From contig JAQGDQ010000024.1 of the NCBI GenBank assembly GCA_030141605.1, positions 558,001 to 622,000 on the forward strand: a stretch of DNA of 64,000 nt, read 5' to 3'. The DNA is from Tubiluchus corallicola (Eukaryota > Animalia > Priapulida). Shown piece by piece: positions 14,901-24,775 of this stretch. Both the position numbers and the translations under genes were made by a program. Under the pieces are notes generated by a model. It was not told the DNA's origin and searched no databases. It saw only the letters and a program-made list of their open reading frames with translations. Numbering within the stretch: position 1 is the first letter of the stretch; every line of letters starts with the position of its first letter.

Positions 14901-16667
14901 GTAAAATATTGTATAATAGTAATTGTAATAGTCGTAAATGTAGAAAAAATGTGAAAAATAAAAGATAGAGAAGTCGAGAGGAGTTTAATAAAGCAACACC
15001 CAATGGGATTAAAAACGGAAGCAGCAATGGTAGTGACAGTAGAAAAATCAGAAGGAAAACAGACAGAAGCCAAATGGCAGACGATACAGGAGAAAGCGTA
15101 AAGAAGTTGCAAAAAGGGTACGACGAGACGTAGAAGCAGAAACAGAAACAGAAAACGACGCTAAACGTCTCTAAATTATAATACGAAATGCAGCTAAGTT
15201 TCAAAAGCCCTTTCGTATTTTCACCTGGGTGCATACACTCGCACATAAAAACTGTGACACATCAAAACAGGGCAAATAATGCTCTCATGCGTTTGTGCGT
15301 GCGTGCGTGCATGCGTGTTATAACCTCCAAGTTCGTGTTGATGAACGAGCCCGAGTGAGTCGTGCCAGAAATCAGGTGAGTTCTTTTTATAACCTGTCGA
15401 CTGCTAGTACCCTGAAATTAGATGGTTAATTTATGCATATAGTTGAGTTAGGCCACTCACGTTTAATGCTTAACAATTATTGATTATTTATTACAATCAA
15501 TATTATTAGTTAATGGTTAATATTAAAGCATACTGCATTTAGTAAACTTAACAGTCAAGTTCGAAAAATGTTATAAAGAAAACGTGTCTCGTCTCTTTTA
15601 CAGCTAGTATCACCTCATCATTAAGTGACACGGCAAGAATACGTTTTATTTGTATTTTTATATGGTAAAATAAATGTTCTGTACAAAATAATGCATACAT
15701 GAATAATGCGGACACTAATTCTTGTGGCTGGCTTCAAAAAAGAATAACGCCAAAGTCTTTTTATCCTATGATATAGGTATAAAGTTAAAAAGTATAATCT
15801 TAGAAGCCCATCCAAACAAGAATTGAAAACGGCTCAGCGATTTGCTGATGGGTCTCCGAGCCCGAGCTCAAGCTCCTACTTATGCTTAAAAAGGGTTATA
15901 TTAATAAACACAAGACAGCTGTTATCTTGAATCATTTTATGCTGACAAAAAATTCTAATAATCTTGTAAGAGAGTGACACTTGATGTAGTGACTGTAGAT
16001 TTGCCGTCCGCAAATCATAAACATTTAGGCCATGGGTCAGTTATCAGCTTGGATCAATGGCATGGATCGCTTTCAACTCTGGTAGAGACCTAGAAAATTC
16101 CATTTCTCCATTTTTTCCATCTCTTGATGCTAGTAAATTTTATACTAACAATCAATACACGATGCCCAAGAAACTGTTGTTCTTTTAGCCCATCTGCCAA
16201 GTTGCTTATTATCTTTCAGACATGCGATATATTTAATATGGTAAACTGCACATATACGAAATAATAAACAGTATGGTGGCTAGGTCACGAGTTTGATGGC
16301 CCGATAAACAGAATTTCTTCACTCTTTCAAATATTAAAGAAAAACTGTGGAAGTTTATTAAGAAAATCTGCAAACTGGCGCTCGTGGCCCACAGGATAGG
16401 AAAACTGTTTATCAGTACTGATATGTCACAATTATCCTGAGATCGCCACTTTCAAAGCAGTTTTTAATGCAACTACTAAAAATGCCGTATGCTTATCAAG
16501 AAATTAGAAGCAAGAGTACCATTTACAGGGATGCCCGGATTGTGATTGCATAATTAAACCAATATTCGTACCTCGAATCTTCCTCCTTCTGGCATGTCCG
16601 CAAAGCTGATGTTATGTGCCCCAGTCCCTCCGCTCACCAGTGTGTACGACGACTTCATCTGCTCCAT
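189..16667 (-). CDS. Prm: Paramyosin (invertebrate thick-filament coiled-coil protein), 3'-partial; 11 exons in window, about 572 codons
   Basis: Exons with GT-AG boundaries and matching phases: 16667-16572, 9128-9072, 7042-6956, 6259-6093, 5266-5092, 4800-4651, 3909-3713, 3062-2930, 2811-2595, 2184-1944, 384-189. Spliced product begins [73 protein letters not shown]...VELNRKRDAELTKLRKLL and later has [44 protein letters not shown]. A short non-helical head followed directly by a myosin-tail rod, with no motor domain, is the paramyosin layout. The gene continues past position 1. Confidence 0.92.
3549..3645. mobile_element. Short palindromic MITE (PIF/Harbinger-like termini)
   Basis: GGGTCCGGTTTCA at 3551 pairs with TGAAACTGGGCCC ending at 3642, with internal imperfect palindromy. 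TSD not clear. Confidence 0.5.
4108..4430. repeat. (CAGT)n/(CGGT)n tetranucleotide microsatellite
   Basis: Direct reading of repeated cagt/cggt units in the paramyosin intron between exons 4800-4651 and 3909-3713. Confidence 0.95.
5660..5730 (+). mobile_element. tRNA-derived SINE head (Pol III A and B boxes)
   Basis: TGGCTTAATGG (A box), an anticodon-like stem-loop and GGTTCAAATCC (B box), followed by a T-run. There is no acceptor stem, so it is not a functional tRNA. A second, more decayed head appears on the minus strand at about 5575-5640. Confidence 0.55.
9858..10570. repeat. Tandem duplication of a ~322 bp unit, each copy ending in a (GATTA/GATTG)n pentamer microsatellite
   Basis: CGAAAGAATGGGGGATTGGACGTGACTGAAAG starts at both 9858 and 10180, and the two copies are nearly identical. 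Confidence 0.93.
11560..12030. repeat. (GACT)n microsatellite (~240 bp) followed by (AACG)/(CTAA)n tracts
   Basis: Direct reading: 11560-11800 gact repeats; 11930-12030 ctaa repeats. Confidence 0.97.
14486..15181 (+). pseudogene. Decayed Lys/Glu/Arg-rich reading frame of unknown origin inside paramyosin intron 1
   Basis: Strongly A/purine-skewed 696 nt. One frame reads MAPVPQGRKRELETMQVKKEPKSEATEVDKETGLAEKVQSG*ERRQGG... with eight internal stops. No family recognised. Confidence 0.35.
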
Positions 16668-17014
16668 GCTGGACACTGTTGAGGAACCTCAAGAGAACAG
16701 AGAGAGGAGCACAGTAGAGTGTACCGAATGCCGACTGGCTAACCCAAACCTAAGTGTATCCTACACGCTCAGAATGGCAGCTGTAGAAATCTTGAAACCA
16801 ACCTACAAGCTCTCCTGCTTCCTTATTGTATAAATATTTTAATGTCATTTTTACGGGAATAATGTTTCACGATGTGTATCATTTACCAACAAAAGTTTTT
16901 TCCTAGAGGAACTTAGAATCGTTTTATTTAGGACTTTTTAATGACGGTACCCTACTGATTGATACTCCCCTTCCAGCGTACGAGCGCTCGGCTTGTCTCA
17001 GGTTACCCAAGTTT

Positions 17015-17056
17015 TGCACTGACTCGCCATGTGGGGATGAGGGGCTTCCTTTTATA
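17015..17056 (-). promoter_or_regulatory. Candidate paramyosin core promoter (TATA box plus Inr-like element)
   Basis: Minus-strand TATAAAAG at 17056-17049, followed 32-36 nt downstream by CGAGTCAGTG (TCAGT Inr-like), about 350 nt upstream of the paramyosin ATG. Motif match only. Confidence 0.35.
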
Positions 17057-19011
17057 GACATGGTACAAGATGGTGGAACGGCGTGGCTTCAGCTACTGGT
17101 GCTTAGTGGCAGTTCAACTTCACGCCGTAGCGGCCTAGCTTCCCTCCTAGTTTGTCCTGGCAACAACGTTTAATAATTTTTTTATTTTCGAAAACTTTGA
17201 TATCGAAAAAGCATAATGCAGGAATATCGATTGATTACGAAATCAGAAATTTTGGCTAAGATGTGTAGCAGTACTTAACTTGTTTGTGTTTCTAAGTAAA
17301 TTTTTGAAAACTAAATTATGACCAGGTGAATCAGGCAGCATGAGTCAACATCATTGCTAAACGTTTTTCGATTCTATAAAGAAATCAGTAATTAAATGTC
17401 ACCAATGAAACGGAAACTAAAACGAAAACACAGTATGTGTTGAGTGACCGAAATTAAACACAGCCAAGGCTGATTAGTGAATGGTGAATGCCAGGTACTC
17501 GGGTTCAATCCTCGTTGTTTACCTTCATGAGATCGGATGTATTCACGCTGGTTCAGTGTTTTAGAAAGTTAGTCTTGTCAATGTATTAGATTCTGGTCCT
17601 GCTAGGAAATCTTAATTAACTACGTTCTTTTTCAGAGTGTTGTATTCCAGTTTACAGTGAAAACTGTACAAAAAGGCAAACGTAGAAAGAATTTGTAGAA
17701 AGGCTTTGTGTGAAATTTGTAAATCATTATCTTGATGTCTTGGTTAATAGTCGTTCTGAGCAAACGTCTAAGAAGGCGCCTGTGCCTTGACGAAAATTTA
17801 TGTATGTTGAGGTTGTCACGATTACAGTGACTTCTGTTGTAAATTGTAAAAATGTGTAATTTACATGAGACTGACAGGATACAGATGCAGCATCTTGCGT
17901 CTCATAACAATGTGCTCTTCCATACATCATGATCTTATCTTTTGTGTTTCTAGCGTAATTATTTACAACTAGTAAAACTTCTATTTCAGTTATAGTTAAG
18001 TGGACCAAGTCCCGAATACATGCCTGTTAAACGCAAAAAGCAATCAGATAAATTTGTGAAACCGATTTGTTCTTTTTTCTGAAAATTGCTCTTTTTCGCA
18101 AATCACCCAATAGAGGGAACTAGTGCATTGGACTGGACTCTTGACGCCCTTGAATGTAAGGGCTTCCCACAGTAAGTATACTGTAATAATGTAGCAAGCT
18201 ATTGCAGCGAATACAACAAGAGCAATGTTTTGTAAACGTATTTTCCTGAACGAAAATGTTGGTATATTTGTGCTTCAAAATAAACGGACTGGAGTCCGCG
18301 AAGAAAAACCAAACACTTCTGTGCTCAATCAACGCTTAAACGCTTATATTTCATTCATAGATAGTTAAAACAAATAACATTTCAAAATTAACAAACTAAA
18401 ATTAAATTAAGATCTGCTAACATAAATTTTTCACTATGAAAAATATGCTCTTTATTTGACAATAACTATTAGCGAAAAACTTCGCTTTCTAACAGTCGAA
18501 AAACTCATAATAGTGTTGTAGAGTACTGATGCTTGCTTCATCACTTTCAGTTCTTCTCTGTCATTCCATATGAAATCCTGTGTCCATATTGACTCATTAC
18601 ATCAATTTCGATAGATGAATTTCTCAAAATAGGGCTCATAGGCTTGAAAAAAATAAAAATATATCGTAAAAGTTAACGGCAAGAAAAATAATATGTTGCA
18701 AAAATGACGTTGGTTAAGTCAAGGTCAATCACTATAGTTACGGGTGCTTTTCATATTACAAGGTACCTTTATATTTTTGCCTTTCATATTGATAGAGATG
18801 GTGACGGCGATGATGGCGACGATTACGACTTGCGTTGTTTTTGAGACTTTACTAAAGGTCATTGTCGTGTATTTTTTTCACCAAAATTCAATCTACTTGT
18901 TTCACAAAGATAAGCCTCTATTTCAAAAATTTTTACCACACCAAAAGGTAATGTTCGTATAAGATCGTTCATATAGTCACCAACAACGTTTATACCAATG
19001 TTTATGATTAC

Positions 19012-21190
19012 CTGTAATTAAAAGATCGCAAGACAACCCAGTATGTCCTGGTGGGCAAGTGCATCGATATCCCAGTTGGTATTCGTATACGTAGTTGCAG
19101 ATTCCTCCATGGCAAGGGTTGGGATAACAGGGGTCTTTTTTAAACTCGCATCGTGGTCCTAAAATTGTTATTGATGTTTACACAAATTCGGTTTGCATCG
19201 ACTGCGATTTCTGAAAACATCAACTTCACATCTGTTCAGTACTGTTGCTTTTTAAAGAGCCAATAGTTCGCCAATGGCTCTTTAACAAGCAACTGTAGTA
19301 GCGAATCAACTGTAGGCCGAACATTATCACAATGTTCGCGTCTATTAGAGTCAGTAGTCTTAAAAAAAATTAATCTCAAAGAAATGGACATTTTTGTTGC
19401 TATCTGTTCTAGTTGGTTCTTATATTCATGAAAAGAGGCAACATTTTTTCTTTATTCTGTGCTTGTTTCAGTTCTTACCAAACATGTTTTTCGCACATGA
19501 ACACAGTTTTACCAATTGTGAATAAAATACCACTGCATAGTATGATACGTTCCAAGTACTTGAAATAACGAAATGTCGAAAATATGCTCGAATGGTGGGA
19601 CCTCAAGTACGAATTTTCAGTGCTCAATGTGACTTACCTACGAAATCGTACGGACAGATGCAGGTGAAATATGGCCCCGCTCCATGTGGATCGCAGATTC
19701 CTCCATTTCTGCAAGGACTGCTAGCACAAGGATTGTCGTGATACTGACACTGGTTGCCAACTGTCCCACGGGGGCAGATGCACTTGTAACCATCATAGGA
19801 TTCATAGTCCCTAAAAACAAGTCCCTAATCTGATGCGGAACATTTCTCAACAAATTGCCTCTCAGAACATTAATAACCACAATATCTCCATCTTTACAAT
19901 ATTCTTGGCAAACGCGAGCTGTATTATAATGCGGCTAGGACAATGAGGCCTAGGCCTACCAGCACTAACATTGTCCACATATTTCCTTGTTATAGATTCT
20001 GAGCAACCAGACACATCATAACTGGAATTAATTGGTAAAATGGGAGTGCGTGACAGTATGTATTATCTGTTTCCTACAATAACGTGTTTGAATTGCAAAA
20101 TAAATATCTAATCTCAAAATGTCCCATTAGAAAAAGATCAGTTACAATTTACAAAGTGTTCAAGTTATCATATATTTAGTCTTGAAATATCCAGTGCCTA
20201 TTATTCTAAATATTCAGATTCATGTGAAACGATCAAGTTATAAAACGAGCGGGGCTCATGGACCATACAGTTAATGAAAACCCGTCTGTTGCTTGGCTTC
20301 ATTGGTTTGCTGAACAAGTAAATCTTGTCTATCCCTGATATGCAGTTTAAGCCTGCTAACCTAAAACAGTATTTGGTTTTATGATATTTTGATATTTATG
20401 GTATTTTGATATTGATAATGTTTTGGAAGCTCATTAACTAACTTCATGGAATCCCAGCTATGCGAGTAAATCAGTGTCGATTATTCTTACAGGCAAATTG
20501 AAAGGTGCGCGGTAAAAGTGACACAGGAAAAAATGCTGCGGGAAAAATAGCACAAATGGCACAGGAAGAATGATGCAAATGGAAAAGTAAAAAAATGGCA
20601 GATATATTATTTTGATGTAGTTGATTTCGGCAATAAAAGTTGAAAGCAGATTTCTGCCAAAGTCGAACATTCCTAAACTTATTCGTCTGATTCTTCTGAA
20701 CACCAAGACAAACAAGCAAACATAAAAATTTAACTGTATTGCTGTTATACAGAGCATAAACTAGCAAAAGTCTGGCAAAATATTTGTTCATTAAATATAT
20801 TTATAACCAGTGATTATACCCCGCTGTAACCCTGACCCTAAACACATATTTTACTAAGAGTTCCAGAGTTTCCTGTGCCATTTTCACCTACTTTTTCATT
20901 TGTGCCATTTTTTCCTGTGCCATTTTTTGCTACATTCAAATTTAAATTTACCATCACATTATGCACATTGCAATGGAACCTTACCTTTGGCAAAATCCTC
21001 CATTTGTGCACGGATTAGGGTAGCATACGGAATCGCCTGGTTGACGATTTCTGTCGTAATAAAGTCCACGTCCCTTGTCAGTATATGTATCGAATACTAT
21101 TTCTCGCCTGTACGGAAATTGGTAAGCTCTTCGTTCACTTTTGCACAAAGTAAGCATTGCAAAGAACGTTACAAGACAAAACAACTTCAT
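19012..21190 (-). CDS. Secreted Tyr-rich protein with three EGF-like repeats (3' end unresolved)
   Basis: Exons 21190-20985, 19810-19638 and 19158-19012 (GT-AG, phases 2,1,1). Signal peptide MKLFCLVTFFAMLTLCKS. EGF units: CYPNPCTNGGFCQRDYESYDGYKCICPRGTVGNQC, CASSPCRNGGICDPHGAGPYFTCICPYDFVGPRC, CYPNPCHGGICNYVYEYQLGYRCTCPPGHTGLSC. Possible further exons at about 18850-18767 and 18642-18547 could not be fixed. Confidence 0.85.
19188..19320. mobile_element. Small hairpin/MITE-like inverted repeat in an EGF-gene intron
   Basis: TACTGTTGCTTTTTAAAGAGCCA pairs imperfectly with TGGCTCTTTAACAAGCAACTGTA, with outer TTCGG...CCGAA ends. Confidence 0.45.
20505..20950. mobile_element. Non-autonomous element with inverted subterminal repeat arrays
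   Basis: Left arm repeats (A)AAATGGCACAGGAA-like units, right arm repeats the complement TTCCTGTGCCATTTT; internal TAACCCTGACCCTAA. Confidence 0.55.
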
Positions 21191-22179
21191 TTTCACAGTT
21201 TTTCTTGTGAGGAAGTGTAGCAATGCACCGCTTTTCTAAAAAAGCCCCAACGAAACCAGGACAGTGATAGGCGTATCAATCATGGAACAACTGTTTTTAG
21301 GTATATCACAAGGTCACATGCTAGATTTTTACTTTAAATCAGACCGAAGCCATGAATGAATGACTAACTACAGTATTAACGAAAGTTTTGCACTGTTGAC
21401 CAGCCCTCACCACCCTAGTATACCTCGTTGGCTCGACAACCGTATATTGTAAACAGGTCGAGGATGGAAAATTGGCATTAAACCTCGCCCACCCACAGTG
21501 ACCATCATGTACGATGTAGGTGAAAAAATTGTTTTAGGATTTCGACTAATAGGTTTTTACGACTTGACAATACAAGTAAATTAGAATAACTTTTAGCTAT
21601 TTCCTTCACATAAAAAAGAAAGTTGTGCATCAGAATATGTTATAAGTTACAGGTCCTGTTGCTTTCTTTCTTTTTCTTCTCGTTTTTAACCAATTTAATT
21701 AACGATTAAAGCTTAATTAATTTTTACACTGAACGAAATTTAGCTATTCTCTTTACAACAGTATACCAGCAGTAAATTGTGACGAGAAGCCGGAGAAGGA
21801 CACCAAAGTGCATCAATTCTGCAATTAAGGTATATCCTAACGTTACTAGAACAGTGAGTAAGTAAACAATCAAGTCGCTGCGAGAAGTAAAGATGTCGTT
21901 TTACATGGTGGGCATAGACCCTGTGGTAATAGGCCTACTGCTCAATATTCTTGTACAATATCGAGAAAAAGGCTACACTCAGTGGTACAACAAAAGAAAC
22001 CAAAGCAATTTTTCTGAAATAACGAACACCTGCGTATGGGAGGGAGCTTCACAAATGGGGGGCTTCACCCATACGCTTCTCTGTGTATATTAATTAGTGG
22101 TCACTGGCTGGCTGTCTACTGTACTGCCTCTGCCTTATGTAACGCCATGGCGAGGCTCGTATTTGCTACACTACAACGG

Positions 22180-23300
22180 CGCTCAAGCTTACCATACAAT
22201 TTACCTTACAAAGTTATAGGTTACGCGCTTGCGGTCCCGTCTGAAAGATGCTTTAAAGCAATTGCAGCTGTTACGGTTGCAGCTGGCAATTTGTTCCATG
22301 GGTTAACAACATGAAGACAAAAAATGGGAATGGATATTAGTTCGAGAATAAGAAACAAACATTTTCTAGTGATGTCCACAGAGATAGCGAGACAGTCGAG
22401 AAAAGAAACCATCTTCCAGCAGAACAGTTAGGACACTGGCGATTTTATAAAAGTTCATAAGATCTACAGTTTCGCGCCGATGTTCGAGAGGTCATTAACC
22501 AGACGAATGGATCGCAATCGATTTCTTTCAAGAGCACTCTTGAATGTCGGGTACTGGGGCGACCGTACAACAAAGGCATATTCAAGAATAGGTCGAACAA
22601 CTGCTTTATAAAAATTGATGTTCACAGATGCCTTTTGCGAAACAACATATTAATCATGCAAATACCTCGATTAGCTTATGTGGCAATATTATTGATATGA
22701 ACATTCCACTTTAAAACATTGGTGACTGTGAACGGAATCTTCAAATCTTTGATGGAAATTTTTTCTTCAGTGGCGCCATCCTTAAGATAGTATGGGATAT
22801 TCGTCCGGAGTCGAATGTGAAGATGACTTTTGTTTTTCTTGAGTTCCATTAGGCATTTATCACACCATCTTTCCATTTTACTGAGGACAAGTTGTTATAA
22901 ATGTCAATCGTTGTCATACCAAATTGGATGATATGGCTTTAAGTCATCAACGTATAAAGCTAATGAAGTCCCAGAAGATACCCACTCAGTGATATCGCTA
23001 ATAAAGATTAAAAACAGTATGGACCACTTAATGTCCTTTGAGGTATTCCACTACAAACTTGCTTCCATTCTGTTGTTGTGCTATTCATAACAGCTCGCTC
23101 GTGACGACTTGCCAAAAAAACTAACAAAACCAAGCTAAAAGATGTGCTCTGATACTGACATTTTCCATCTTTACCATGAGCCTTTGACGAGGCACAGAAT
23201 CATAGTTTTTTTTTTTAAAGTTGAGGTACAGGATGTCAATGCCAGGCGATGATGGGTAATTGAACCACTGAGTACAGTCATTCAAACAGAGCCGGATTAA
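22180..23300 (-). mobile_element. 5'-truncated, decayed CR1-group LINE (reverse transcriptase to 3' end)
   Basis: Frameshifted minus-strand motifs in the expected order: DILYLNFKKKNYDSVP, SGIPQ..GP..LIFISDI, LYVDDLK (YADD-like), YKAVVRPILEYA, VVNPWNKLP. Confidence 0.88.
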
Positions 23301-24028
23301 GATGTGTTGGTGCCCTAAGCACACAAAGCACCTGGTGCCCCGGCTGTCTCCTTTGCCCCGCGTCACACTTTTCGTAGTTTACAGCATACGTATTGTGATA
23401 CAAATTAATATGCGACATTGTTCATTGCTCTTATAGGATTTATGTCACTTAAATTCTCTATTCACTTCAGAACGAAATTTTAATTATATTAATTTGTTTG
23501 ACTGAAAAAAGAATAGTCTGTACTGAGCAAACAGTAGTTAGGTGTCCACCAAAACTTGTTATTAACACTATTCATTTCATATTTTTAAGAGACCTTTACA
23601 GAGTTGCGTTTGTGGATTTTTGGAAAACAAAGACCTTTATGACATGCTTGAACGACAATCGTCGGACCAAGTCTCCTGTAGTCTTCTGCTTCACATTTTG
23701 AATTGTGAAAGACTTTTATGGCCTCATTAAAGTTTTATCTGTTTTGTTTGTTTGTTTATTTTGCTAGCTTGGTGCCCCCTGAGCCTTGGTGCCCGTGAAG
23801 CCTGAGCACGTGCTAAGTCTGCATTCAAGTGAGCAAGTTAGTAATTGTAGACCTGTGGGGAAGAGAACCATGCTGATTTTTACGTATTTGGTTAGTTCTA
23901 ATCAGGAACCACGGAACCACAGTTATCATATCACGTTAAATTTTGCAATAGAACTGTTTTAAAAGTTGGGAAATATGTAATCCAGCCTATGCTATAAGAA
24001 AAGGTAACACAAAAAATAGTGTTATAGG

Positions 24029-24648
24029 TAGGGGTCAACATCGAACGTTCAAGTTCAAACGTTCGAATTCGATTCAAACGAGTTCTTTAGTTAGAATTCA
24101 ATTCGAACCTAAAATTTTTCATTCGAATAATTCAGCACTTCAGCCACATACGTTCTTTATCATTAAAATGTTTGAAACAGCATGAAATTAGCACAATTTA
24201 GTTGCAGGTTCTGTGCCAAATTTTTTAACAAACCAATAGTGATTTTACTGCAGAACAAAATCAAGTAATATGCATAGTTTTTGTAACTTTTTACTACTGG
24301 TTCGAAAATCGTTCAAACTCAATTCAAATTCGATTCTATATTAGAAATTCTAAAATTCGGTTCGATTCGAATTCGAAAGTTGCAAGTTCGATTCAATTCG
24401 AATTCATTTTCTGGTAGGGAATGTTCACCCCTAGTTATAGGTAGGGGTCAGTATCGAACGTTCGAATTCGATTCGAGCGAGTTTTTTTTAGATCGAATTC
24501 GATTTGAACCTAAATCTATAGATTCGAATAATTCAACACTTCACGCACATGCGTTCTTTATTATTAAAATGATTGAAACATCATGCAATTAGCATAATTT
24601 AGCTCTGATTTCTGTGCACAATTTCGAATTAGAGAATGCTCCCCCCTA
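24029..24648. mobile_element. Two tandem hAT-type MITEs (24029-24433 and 24442-24648)
   Basis: TIRs TAGGGGTCAACAT...ATGTTCACCCCTA and TAGGGGTCAGTAT...ATGCTCCCCCCTA, with subterminal TTCGA repeats. The 8-bp target site GTTATAGG occurs at 24021-24028 and 24434-24441, and as ATTATAGG at 24649-24656. Confidence 0.85.
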
Positions 24649-24775
24649 ATTATAGGACCTTTAACATTGGGCGCAGAGAATACTACGAACACCACGAAGG
24701 GAATCAACATTGACTGTTTGCGGCTTACTCCGCGCAGCATGTCAGCCTGTGATTTCTGTGCAGAGTTTGAGGATT

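Noticed and set aside
14486-15181. Alternative genetic code or stop-codon readthrough
   Set aside because: All three stop codons occur in this frame, and the real genes in the window use the standard code with no internal stops.
189-16667. Myosin heavy chain tail or intermediate filament gene
   Set aside because: The rod is preceded only by a 32-codon head exon with an in-frame stop upstream of its ATG, so there is no motor domain. The sequence follows paramyosin motifs.
24029-24648. CRISPR-like array of TTCGA repeats
   Set aside because: There is no constant repeat with unique spacers. TIRs and 8-bp TSDs identify hAT MITEs, and the context is eukaryotic.
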